Shown: positions 14,220 to 25,830 of the stretch, piece by piece
Numbering within the stretch: position 1 is the stretch's first letter
Layout: each line of letters opens with the position of its first letter
DNA from: Lama glama
Lineage: Eukaryota
NCBI GenBank assembly: GCA_028534125.1
Contig: CM052816.1
Coordinates: 21,082,001 to 21,146,000, forward strand
Direction: 5' to 3'
Length of the DNA: 64,000 bases
Notes under the pieces: model-generated
What the model was told of the DNA's origin: nothing
Database searches by the model: none
What the model saw: only the letters and a program-made list of their open reading frames with translations
Program-made: the position numbers and the translations under genes

Positions 14220-14236
14220 AGACAACTACTTTTTAA

Positions 14237-14492
14237 AATAGAATTATAGTCGATTTACAATGTTGTGTTAGTTTCATAGTGACTCAGTTATACGTATACA
14301 TATATATTCTTTTTCATATTCTCTTTCATTATAGGCTATTACAAGCTATTAAATATAGTTCCCTATGCTATACAGTCGGACCTTGTTGTTTATCTGTTTT
14401 GTATATAGTAGTTTGTATCTTCTAATCCCAAACTCCTAATTTATCCCTCCCCTCACCTTCCCCCTTTAGTAACAATAAATTTGTTTTCTATT
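14237..14492 (-). mobile_element. Older LINE-1 3' UTR fragment
   Basis: gatttacaatgttgtgttagtttc...aatatagttccctatgctatacag...aatcccaaactcctaatttatccctccc; similar to the 3' UTR of the L1 at 19265. Confidence 0.8.
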
Positions 14493-16949
14493 AGATAACT
14501 AGTTTTTAATTGCAAATTTTGTATCCTCTTAGTTTAAGAATATAAGTGCAAAATAAGAAGGTACATCTCCCATTTAAAGGAGAACTTTTAGGATCAGTTT
14601 ACCTTGCAGCATCAAGCAGTCTACATCAGAATACTAACAATGCCCTTGGCAAAAGTCCTTGTGTTTTTACCATAGAATTATAATGTAATCAGCTATTATT
14701 TCTCTCTAAACATTACCCCTTCTTTAAACCCAGCTCAAATCCCAGCCAGTCAGGTCTTCTGCAACTGCCCCAGGTGTATCATCCTCTTCACCCTTCTGTA
14801 ATTTATTCCAGTTGAACATCTTTCAGTTATCTTTGGATGCAGGGCAGTGAGCCAGGTGCTTTAGGAGGAAGACACAATCTGCCTTTGAAGAGCTTACTGC
14901 TTAGTGGAGAGAAAAACGCAATTAATTGTGTTACATATCCAAAATGAAATGAATTCTCCATGCGCTGACTAGCAGATAGATTCTAAGAGAGGCACCTGGG
15001 GAAGTCTTCAGGAGGCAGCCTGTGAGAACAGCATCGGGGAGGGCTTGGAAGTTGGACAGCAAAGGCTGAATTCAGGGTAAAGAATGTCTAGTGAGTTTTC
15101 TATTTAGGGTATGTGTCAGAGGCACAGAAGAAGATAATATTGGAAAAGAAATCTGTGGTCATGGATGGAGGACCTTAAATGCTGATTTGGACTTTATTCT
15201 GTTTGTGGTGGAATGCCATTGAAAACTTTTTTCTTTTTAAAAAGTAGCTTTTCTGTTTCCTGATTATAAAATTGATAGTGATGTTTTCCCAATTCTCAGT
15301 GGTTTCCAAAATATATAAAGAACAGACCACATGTTAGAGAACCACTCTTAATATTTCTTGGTTTATTCTGTGAGGTTTTCTGTTTACATCCATAGATGTA
15401 TACACAGTGGTCTAATTCTACACAGATAGAATCAGGCCACTACTTGTTTCACAACCTATGCTCCCTTCCTGCCTGCTGTAACAAATGCTGGTGTAGTGAA
15501 TGGGTGGAGGAGGGGGCCCTAGAGTGGTAATGACAGGCTCCCTGTGAGAGATGATGAGGGACATCCAGCCATGGCAGAAAGACAGGGACGGATGATAAAG
15601 ATGTTTCAGAAGCACAACTTGCATTATATTGCCTGTTTTCATTTTTAAAGCCATGTTTCCTTTGTCATTTTCATTTCAATAGCTTTTTTTAAAAATATAT
15701 TTTATTTTCCTTGCTTTCTCAGGACAAATTGCTAGATTCCTTGAAAAAATCATTTCCATGATCTCATAGGTAGCGGAGCTTCAATCACCTTGGAAATTTG
15801 TTACTGCCCCCGTCTCTCCAAGGGAGAAGAGAGAAGTTTCCCCTGTTAAAGATCATTATTGATTTATGTGGTTTGAACTCATTCTGTCTATGATCACTAA
15901 GAATAGACAGAGGATTAAATACTTTGCTTGTACTGAGTTGCTGGTACAAGCAAAGTTTACTTACAGTGCTTAACAGGCTTCAGGCTCTGAGCTATACAAA
16001 GAAATATGCCCAAGGTCACAGTTAATAATTGGCCGAGCCCAAATTCAAACCCAAGGCTGTCTGATTCCAAAGCCTGTGTCATTTACCAAGCAAAATTAGA
16101 TCCTCATTACTTCAAACTGGTGTTCTGTATGTTTAATAAATAAAGTAGGGAAAAAGTCCTCAAATAAAAGTCTAGCTTAAACCTTTATACTTGTGACTCT
16201 GAACATACTCTGCTGTCATATTTTAAGTGTTTATAGTTTGAACAAACATTAGGATGAGGATGCCAATGACATCCACTCCCCCAGGCTGCTTTTAAATTTT
16301 GGTGCCCTGCTGCCAGTGAGGCCATTGAATCAATTCTTCCAGTGACCGAGCAGTTTGCCCATAAACATTAGGAAAATCAAATACAAATGTGTATTTATAG
16401 CAAGGGTAAAATTCTATAATGTGTCTTGAGCATGAGAGAAAGCAATAAGTAGGACATTTTGTTCCTATCTCAGTATCTTAAATTTGGAGAATGTCAGGGC
16501 AGAGGGCCCTTTGCATTTTCAAAGCCACATTATTAAATTAATATAAAGTTAAAACCCTCCCTAACTGTACTACATTATGTTATGTTACATTGTTATGTTA
16601 TATTACATTGCCTATTTCAACCCACAGTGCCCTCTGATCCTCCTGCCTGAGCCCCACAGACAGCCACAGTGAACACTTTATATTTGTAAATGTCTTGTCT
16701 CCATCATGGTGGGGTGAGTAGGCCCTTCCGTGAAGCTCAGTCCACCACAGTCTGCTTCCTCTGCCCCCTGCTGTCTCACCAGTGCCTCGCCATCTGTAAG
16801 GAAGAGCAGTGTCTGGGGCCCCAGTATGCAGAAGCTCCAGGAACATGAGGGGGATGGGCTGCCCAGAATGGCTGTAAAGGGACTTTGTCCAGATATCAAG
16901 CTTTCGCAGTCACAACTTCTGGAACAAATCATGTTTTGTTCTTGCTTAC

Positions 16950-17387
16950 CAGCCCAGAGGAAGCAAGAGAGGCCTCTTTTTTCTCTCGTGCCTTTGACTT
17001 GTTAAACCCAGTCCTCTCTGGGGTCAAAGAGACTTTCTTTATTTCTAAATCTTAGTGACAAATGTCAGATCGTTTGCCTCTGTTATAAACTGAGTTTTTG
17101 TATCTGTGATTCCTTTTTTAGGCTGCTTATCCGATTCCTCAGACTGTTGCTTGGTTGCTGGAGAGGGAACAGCAGACTTGGTCCGTGGAGACCTGGAGAG
17201 CTGTGTCCCAGCCAGGTGGAGCATGAGAGGATGCCCTTTGCTGCTTTTTGTCAACCTTTCTTGGCCTGTTTTATTCTCATAGATGAGTTTTGACTTTAAA
17301 ATATTCTTTTTTTTTAAACCCCAGAGGGACATTTGGGGGCCCTCACTTGGGTTAGTGTCTTAATTAGGAGAGCTTAGTTTGAGAAGC
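16950..17387 (-). pseudogene. Candidate decayed exon of an unidentified minus-strand gene
   Basis: ttttgcag|G acceptor and CTG|gtaagc donor; about 113 codons with one internal stop, then an open frame after a shift; not a repeat I recognise. Confidence 0.45.
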
Positions 17388-18622
17388 CTGCAAAATGCTG
17401 TTTTAACCTTGCCTATAGAATCCCTCCTTGGGTCTGGGTGGACGAATCAGCAATCCAGAGGCCAGACTCCCATTCTATTATGGTTGCTGATTCAGATGGG
17501 CTTGGAGATGACGGCACCAAATGTTTGGAAATGTGAAATCCACCAACAGCATCTGGCTTTAAAAATGGACATGTAGAAATGGCTCAACTTTTCCCTAAAC
17601 TATTGTGCTAGTATACCATGTTTAACTTGCCTTCCATTTAGCGACACAGGTAAAGGTAGAAAGAATCCTTAAATCGCAACTTATCCAGGCTCATATTCAA
17701 TGGTTCTAATAGCTCATTAACAGAGAGCTCAAAATACAATACTTTGAAGTAAGCTATACAAAAAGACTGAAGGTTATGTGTTGACTGAGACCCTCCTTTC
17801 AAGAGGAAATGTGTTGGGGGAGGAGTCTAACTGAGGTCTGTGTCATAGACCTGAGGCAGAGGTGAGGTGGGCAGGCAGCCAAAGGGCTCGTTCCAGGTCC
17901 TCAGAAGATCTCCTCACTTGCCCCTTTGAGATGATCAGCTAAGTAAATACCAAGCAGTTTTATTAACAGCCTACAAAGTAATAATTGGTGACACTGAACA
18001 ATGAGCCAGAAAGAGAAAGATGAACTCTGCCTCTGAGGCTGTGTGGTCTCGGGAAGTCATTAACAGTACTGGTTTTTCTTATCTGACTAAGCACCAATAA
18101 AATACTAGCAGTGCTAAATGGAAACAAGGATGATATAGGTCTCTTTTCAGCTACCTATTCCCACAAGGGCTCAGACTCCCAGGAGCAAGATGCTGCGTCT
18201 TCATCAGCTGGCATATAACTCTATGTCCAATGATATTGATAATGATAAAATGACAACAATTTGTCACGTAATAGTGACTTTCATTGCTTTGATTTTCCTT
18301 TTTCAGAGTCAGGCTAAAGGGCCCTGTCTACAATAACTGTTCAATAGCTATTCAGTACGTTCAGTAACTGCTGATAATGGTAACACAGTAACAGACTGTC
18401 ACGTGGTAGTGACCCTCATCACTTTGACTGTTCCTTTTCAAAATGGAGTCAGAGTTTATTGTCTACATGCCTGACTCTCACCCCAAGGTGAGAGTCAGGC
18501 AACAACATGATGTGTTACAACAGGTTAATGCGGTTCGACAGCCCCATAATCTCAGGAGCTAGGAGTGAGGCCATGGAGAGGGCTTCCTCCCTGGACTTTT
18601 CTAAATGTGAACTTCCGGTTAC

Positions 18623-18942
18623 CTTCTCAGATGTTGATTGACGGGGACAGTGCAGAATAGTCAGCAACGCAAACACCTGCGCTAACGCTGCAGGACCTTG
18701 ATTCCAGATAGAATAGCTGGAGCAAGAGTAAGGAACAAAAATACAGAGGTACTTGGGGCGCTGGGCAAGAGGAAAGTCTCTGCTTCCCCATCCAGTCTCT
18801 GCAACACAAACTACTGAGGGTTTTCTCTCTTAGCTGAAAAAGGCTGGAAAGAGCAGCTTGGCTTTTCATGCACAGCACCATGTTCCTTCCTCTCTTCTTC
18901 CTTCTCCAATCTTCTTTTCTTTAGCAAAGATGATAGAATTTC
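18623..18942 (-). pseudogene. Candidate decayed exon of an unidentified minus-strand gene
   Basis: ttttgcccag| acceptor and AAG|gtaacc donor; EILSSLLKKRRLEKEEERKEHGAVHEKP...NPQ*FVLQRLDGEAETFLLPSAPSTS. Confidence 0.45.
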
Positions 18943-19264
18943 CTGGGCAAAATAATCCTTTCTTTTTTAACTGGAAAATTTTGGCAAAATGTTACAGTGT
19001 TCTAATGTCCTCAGAGCTCAACATACTGGCTCTTAGAAAGTTTCCAGAGGAGAGACAATAAGACCACAGTCTGCACAAAGCCTTCTGTGTGGCTGTGACA
19101 GTGAAGACAAAAACAATCATGTTAATGTTGTTGATTAGGGTTGGGCTTTTTTGCTGCTGCTTCTTTGTGGTGGTTTTTCACTATTCAAGCTAAATTTTTT
19201 TAGGGTACGATTTTATTTATTTATTTTGGTGATGGAGGTAACTAGGTTTGTTTATTTATTTATT

Positions 19265-19739
19265 CTTATTTTTTATTGAAATGTAGTCAATTTACAATGT
19301 TAGTTTCAGGTGTACAGCAAAGCAATTCAGTTCTATATATACATGCATACATACATATATATTTTTTCAGTTTCTTTTCCATTATGGCTCATTGTAAGAC
19401 ATTGAATATAGTTTCCTGTGATATATATAGAGAGAAAGAGGTGGGGGGAAGGTCCTGTTTGTCTATTTTATATATAGTAATATGTATCTATTAATCTCAA
19501 ACTCTTAATCTCGTCCCTCCTTCCCCTCTGGTAACCACAGTTTGTTTTCTATGTGTGTGAGTCTATTTCTGGTTTGTAAATAAAATTTGTATCTTTTTTA
19601 AAATTTTAGATTCCACATATAAGCAACATCATATGACATTTGTCTCTCTCTGTCTGACTTACTTCACTGAATATGATAATCTCTGGTTCCATCCATGTTG
19701 CTGCAAATAGTATCATTTCATTCTTTTTTATGGCTGAGT

Positions 19740-19774
<35 letters not shown>

Positions 19775-20448
19775 CTTCTTTATCCATTTATCTGTCGATG
19801 GATATTTAGTTTCTTTCCATGTCTTGGCTATTGTAAATAGTGCCCCTGTGAACACTGGGGTGCATATATCTTTGCAAATTGTAGTTTTCTCTGGATATAT
19901 ACCCAGAAGTGGGGATTACTGGATCACATGGTAAGTCTACTTTTAGTTTTTTAAGGAATGTCTATACTGTCCTCCATAGTGGCTATACCAACTTACATTC
20001 CCACCAACAGTGTAGGAAGTTTCCTCTTTCTCCACATCCTCTCCAGCATTTAGTATTTGTAGACTTTTTAGTGATGGCCATTATGACTGGTGTGAGGTGA
20101 TACCTCATTGTAGTTTTGATTTGCATTTCTCTAATAATTAGTGAAATTGAGCATCGTTTCACGTGCCTGTTGCCCCTTTGGATGTCTTCTTTGGAGAAAT
20201 GTCTGTTTAGGTCTTCTGCCCATTTTTGGATTGGGTTGCTTGTATTTTTGACATTAAGCTGTATGAGCTGTTTGTGTATTTTGGAAATTAGTCCCACATC
20301 GGTCACATCATTTTGCAAACATTTTCTCTCATTCTGTAGGTTGTCTTCTCATTTTGTTGATGGTATCCTTAGCTGTGCAAAAGATTTTAAGTTTAATTAG
20401 GTCCCATTTGTTTATTTTTGCTTTTATTTCCATTACTCTAGGAGCTGG
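19265..20448 (-). mobile_element. LINE-1 3' fragment (ORF2 C-terminus with CCHC motif plus 3' UTR)
   Basis: [16 protein letters not shown]...[16 protein letters not shown]...[22 protein letters not shown]; internal (CA)n at about 19744-19773. Confidence 0.95.
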
Positions 20449-20454
20449 TTGAAA

Positions 20455-20543
20455 AATTTTTATTTATTTTTTAATGGAAGTACTGGGGATTGAACCAGGA
20501 CCTCGTGTATGCTAAGCACACACTCTACCACTGGGCTGTACCC
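20455..20543 (-). mobile_element. tRNA-derived SINE head (Vic-1-like)
   Basis: Closely similar to the 7897-7976 copy; A box (CAGCCCAGTGG) and B box (GGTTCAATCC). Confidence 0.85.
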
Positions 20544-20966
20544 TTATTCTGAGAGAGTTTAAAGGAGACTTGAATTAAATTCATTTAGGAAAAAATGTCC
20601 TCTGACCTTTAGGAATGGATGAATGTGGACAAGTTAGGCCATCAGAATAGGGACAATGTGTGTGGGGCTGGCGTAAGGATCCTAAGATGTAAGATTTTGA
20701 AAAGGGTGTGCTGAGTCATATGTAGATAGTGGTGGGTTCTGTAAGTCTGATATTATTTAAAAGAAATGTGCGGAGATCCTTCTACATGCAGGGTCTCTGG
20801 AGGGGGCGCTTATAGAGAATGAATAGTCCTCAATCCTTTCCCCTAGCAGGCCTATTCAGTCTAAATTTTTAAAGAACATTGTTTATATCTCCATTAAGAG
20901 AAATTGTCTATGTCTCAAAGTTAACAAATCCCGTGTCCTCTTTGTTATTTTCCATTCAGAGGGCCT

Positions 20967-21374
20967 TGTGGTTTGAATAGTGCCCCTGCCAACAGGTATA
21001 TCTACATCCAGGAACTTATAAATGTGACCATATTTGGAAAAAGAGTCTTTTCAGATGTAGCTAAATTAAGCAAGTCAAGATGAGAACATCCTGCATTATC
21101 CAGATGGGTAATAAACCTAATGACAAGTGTCCTTATAAGAGACAGAAGTCACGGAAGAAGAGAAGGATATGTGAAGACAGAGGCAGAGATTGGGTGATGC
21201 AGCCAAGGAAGCCAAGGAATGCCTGGATTCCTCAGAAGCTGGAAAGGCAGGGAAGGAGGCTTTGGGCACCTTAATTTTGGACTTTTGGTCTCCAGAACTG
21301 TGAAAGAAATTTCTGTAGTTTTGAGCTACCCAGTTTGTGGTAATTTGCTATGGCAGCTCCACGAAACTAATACA
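20967..21374 (+). mobile_element. MaLR solo LTR (MLT1C/D-like)
   Basis: TG...CA ends; aatgtgaccatatttggaaaaagagtctt, gtccttataagag, ctccagaactgtga, tttgtggtaatttgctatggcagc...aaactaataca. Confidence 0.85.
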
Positions 21375-21872
21375 GAAGGTTAGGAGGACATAGGGGATTT
21401 ATCCAAATATTGCTGGAATGGAAGATTCTATCCTGAAACAGCATCCCTCAAGTTCCTAGGTCTCAGATGATCCCAAGGCTGTGATGAGATCTGGCCCAGA
21501 AATGTCTCAACTAAAACCCATTACTGTAGCTGCATGTTGGAGAGTCCTGATGTGTACATCAAATTTTGGGAAGCAAAATAAAAAGTATCCAGACCCTGAG
21601 GAAAGCTTCTCATTCTGTGAGGTATTTTATGTGACAAAATGATAGACCAGCAGGTATTTTCTTTCTTCTGGGGAGAGATGTTTCTTGTCAGTTCATTCAT
21701 TGAGCTCCTGGTCCCCATCTCCTCCTCCACTCATGACAGACTTTCACTTTTCCGGAACCCACTGCCATCTTGCAGGGCCTGCATCCCTATGGAATCATGT
21801 GCAATATGGCTTTCCTTGTCTTCATCACCAAGCTGGGAGTGTTGGCAAACAAGATGAAATATCTTCATACTT
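21375..21872 (-). pseudogene. Candidate decayed large exon (5' part), abutting the MLT1 LTR
   Basis: tttttatctcttaaactag| acceptor; frame 21871 to 21521 has 117 codons with a single internal TGA. Confidence 0.4.
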
Positions 21873-22035
21873 CTAGTTTAAGAGATAAAAATACAAAGGA
21901 TAAAAAGTGACAGTTTCTCTCTACTATGAACCATGGCCTGGTGGGGAAGAGAGACATCTAAATGGAGACCTATGGGAAGATGTGCTCAGGGCTGGACAGA
22001 GACCTGTTAGCATGCTGGGGCGCCCAAGGGAGGGA

Positions 22036-22631
22036 GCACTATTTGCAATAACCAAGACATGGAAACAGCCTAAATGTCCATCGACAGATGACTGGATAAA
22101 GAAGATGTGGTATATTTATACAATGGAATACTATTCAGCCATAAAATAGACAACATAACGCCATTTGCAGCAACATGGATGTCCCTGGAGAACGTCATTC
22201 TAAGTGAAGTAAGCCAGAAAGAGAAAGAAAGATACCATATGAGATCACTCATATGTGGAATCTAAAAAAAAAAAACATAAATACAAAACAGAAACAGACT
22301 CATAGACATAGAATACAAACTTCTGGTTGCCAGTGGGGAGCAGGGTGGGAAGGGACAGACTGGGAGTTTGAAATTTGTAGATACTGACAGGCGTATATAG
22401 AATAGATAAACAAGATTATACTGTAGACCACAGGGAAATATATACAAGATCTTGTGGTAGCTCACAGCGAAATAAAATGTGACAATGAATATATGTATGT
22501 TCATGTATAACTGGAAAATTGTGCTCTACGCTGGGATTTGACACAACATTGTAAACTGACTATAACTCAATTAAAAAATAAATAAATAAATAACAAAATA
22601 AAAAAATGAAACCATAAAAAGAAAAAAAAAA
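22036..22631 (+). mobile_element. LINE-1 3' end (ORF2 tail, 3' UTR, A-rich tail)
   Basis: ALFAITKTWKQPKCPSTDDWIKKMWYIYTMEYYSAIK followed by a 3' UTR and A-rich tail. Confidence 0.93.
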
Positions 22632-23329
22632 GCTTTCAGAGAAGACAAGATATTTGACCGGATGATCAGGAGCTCTGCAGGCTGAGAACGGAGCATTCTC
22701 CGAAAAGGCACCAGCATAAGCAAAAGCAGGTGGTACGTTTGTGGAGCAGCGGGAAGCTCAGGGTGACAAGAGAGCAGGGTGAGGATAGGGGTGAGTGAGC
22801 GCAGTAACGGTTTGGAGACGGGGTTTGGGGCCAGACTAACTCAAATGGAAGTGTCCAAACTGAACTGGTTACCTTCTTCCCTAACCCTCGGTCCCTCTCC
22901 CGTACTTCTATGGGCCATCAATCACCTCACTGGGCACCCGCTGTGATTCTTCCTCCCCTTCTATAGCACTTCTCGGATGCAGCCGGCTCTCCATTCCTAT
23001 GCCTGGCTGTCATCATCTCCAGCCTGGATGTGTGCAGCAGTCCTCCCCCCCCACTCCCACCCCTTACACCCAATCTCCTTGCTCCCAGTCTCCCTCATCT
23101 CCATTCCATTCTCTACCTGCAGCCAGAGCAATCCATTTAGAACACTGATCTAATCATTTGCGTGGCAGTCTTTGTAAAACTCTAAACTATTTTAAATGTC
23201 TCACAAGACCCTCTCTGATACAGCTTTTGATCAAAGCAGTACCTGCACAGAGGAGCTTATAATGGGAACACCAGTGCCCTGATATAGTGAGCCCCACCCC
23301 CAGGCCTTCTCCCTACAGAAACTCCTTTG

Positions 23330-25830
23330 GCCCGTTCTGGGTGTTGGTACTTCTGGTGGTTACATCCACATCCCAAATATTATGCTTATACTGAAGTCTC
23401 CTGATTTATCAATCTTGAATGTTCTAGCATAATAATTAAGGGTTTAATTGCCTTCTATTACTTTTTGTCTCCCTTCTCTGTCCCCAGACTATTCCTAGTT
23501 CCTTTTCAGGTCTATTCTGAAACCTCAGAAAATATACTTACACCTTAATTTCTTTCTTTATCAGTCTTGGATGGATTTACCCCTAATTTACCACTTTGTA
23601 AGATGGGAACATTAGACCTCCCACCCTACCAACCACCTTCCATGCCCCAACCATTCCTGTCTACACCTTGACTTAAACATTATGCACTTTGATGACATTT
23701 ATAGTCCACTTAACTGTAGCAAAATCTTCCATAAGTTGTTTTTTCCAAGTTGGTTCTAAAAGGCAAAACAATTTTTAAAATTTTATAATAACCGTGTAAA
23801 CCCATTCACAGCAGTTCACCTCTGTGCTGTGTTTCATTTTGCTTCATATTTGAGTCCTGCCTTTCTTGTATGTTGTTTTGTTTTTCTGGCTGAATAATTG
23901 CCTTTCTTCTTCTATTTTTGCATTCTGTGAGTTTCCTGGGCCATCAGTCATACTCTCTATCCTATTAAATCCCTCCCCACAACCCCTTACCTCTCTCTAA
24001 GAGCCCTCTGGTCAGTCTGGCCTGGTGGCTCCAGGCTTGCTATGCAGCTCTCGGCTCCCTTCCTGGGCCTCGCCTTGGCCGCTGTCCTGGCTCAGACACA
24101 CTGTTTCTGAATGGCACATCTTTCTCTTTTTCATAGTACCTACTGAAGCATGCTATCAAGTAACTTCCTAAGAAAAGATGATTAGACAGTAATTTTTTTT
24201 TTTACTTTTTTGTTATGAAAAACTTCAAACACATATAAAAGGAGAGAAAAATAATACAATGAAGCCTCGTATACCCATCAACCAGCTCCAACAATTATTA
24301 ACTCATGGTCAACCTTATTTCACCTGTACTCCTAGTCACTTCCTACCACTCCCAGATTATTTCAAAGCAAATTTTAGATATCATATCACCAATACATATT
24401 TAAGCATTTATCTGGAAAAGGTAAGGGCTCTTTTAAGGAACAATCACTATACCATTAACACACCTAAAAATTAGCTATAATTTTTTAGCATCATCAAATA
24501 ATCAGTCAGTGTTCACATTTTCCTGATGTTTATAAATGTTTTCTGGTTTGAACTGAATCTGTTTACAGCTGTTTGATATGTGTTTTGAGTCTTTTTAAAT
24601 CTATGGTTCCCCTGTCTCTTTTTTCCTTATAACTTATTTGTTGAAAAAGAACTTCTTTTGTTTCTGTTTTTCTTGTGAAGTTTCCCACAATCTGGATTTT
24701 TGCTCCTTGCATTCCTGCTGTGACATTTGACATAGTCCTTTATCGCCTGTATTTCCTGTGAATTAGTAATTAAATCTAGAGTCTTGAGCAGATTCAAGTT
24801 TGAGTACCTGCATAGATGGTATTCTGTGCTTCTGAAAGGAGGTACATCATGTCTTCTTGTCTCTCTTTTATAATGTGAGCAGTCATTGATGATCCTTGCC
24901 TAGACCCATTATTTATTGGGGATTACAACATGGTGAAATTCTGTCACTCCTTCACTTATTAAGTGGAAGACATCTATATTAGAGAGAAATTTCCCCTCGT
25001 TTACTATGTAGCTACCCTGAGGGTCCTATGTGAAAGGTTGAATAAATTCCCTTTATTTACCATTTTTCAAAAATAATGGGTCCCTAGCATCTTCTAAAGA
25101 CAACCTGTGAGCTTTAAAATTTTAAATGAATGGATAAACTTAAATACATATGATGTGTTTCAATTCATTACGGTTATTATTCTTAAGAATGCTCACATCG
25201 TTTCTTCTTTTGCTGGTGGAAACTTTGTTCAGTTGCCACCTGAGCCTCTTGACGTTATTCTTGATATCTGAAATGATAAGATGTTCGAGTTTCATCTTGT
25301 ATATTTCCTACCCTAGACCCGAAACAAACCATTTCTCATTGATACTGGTTGGTCATTTTTCTAGCCCTCTTCAGTAGGCAGAGCTGGAAATATATTTTTT
25401 AAAGAGAAAAATACATCATAAATTCATACTGAAACTTCTAAATCAAGTTGAAGACTCAGGAATTTTACTTAACCTCATGGATCTCCTTTCTCCTACACGC
25501 AACACGACTTAAGCTTTGTACCTTTTTTAATGTCTGAACATGTCTTCATTCTCCCTTATGTTGAACTGACTGCTTGACTTGGTATAGCATTCTGGGCTGG
25601 AAATAATTTTCCCTGAGAACTTTGAAGATATTGTTACATTTTCTTGTAGGCAACCAATGTTGCTAATGAAAAGTTTAATACTATTCTGACATTTTTCTTG
25701 TATGTGGTTTCCTTTTCTCCTTCATCTTCTTTTCATTTAAGAGAGCTTTTAGGGTCTTTTTTTATCCTCACAGGACTGAAGTCTCACTATGACATGTCTA
25801 AGTGTGGGTCTTTTTGAATTAACCCTGATC
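23330..25830 (-). mobile_element. Old LINE-1 fragments (L1MC-like 3' end at about 24190-25440 nested in older L1M sequence)
   Basis: ttttgttatgaaaaacttcaaacacatataaaa...atacccatcaaccagctccaacaattattaactcatggtcaacctt is an L1MC-type 3' end; T-rich degenerate flanks. Confidence 0.6.

Noticed and set aside
20793..20810. CTCF-like AGGGGGCGCT (also 26925-26940)
   Set aside because: The 5' half deviates from consensus, and the second lies within an L2 remnant.
22020..22640. TSD for the + strand L1 3' end
   Set aside because: No convincing direct repeat found on the two flanks.
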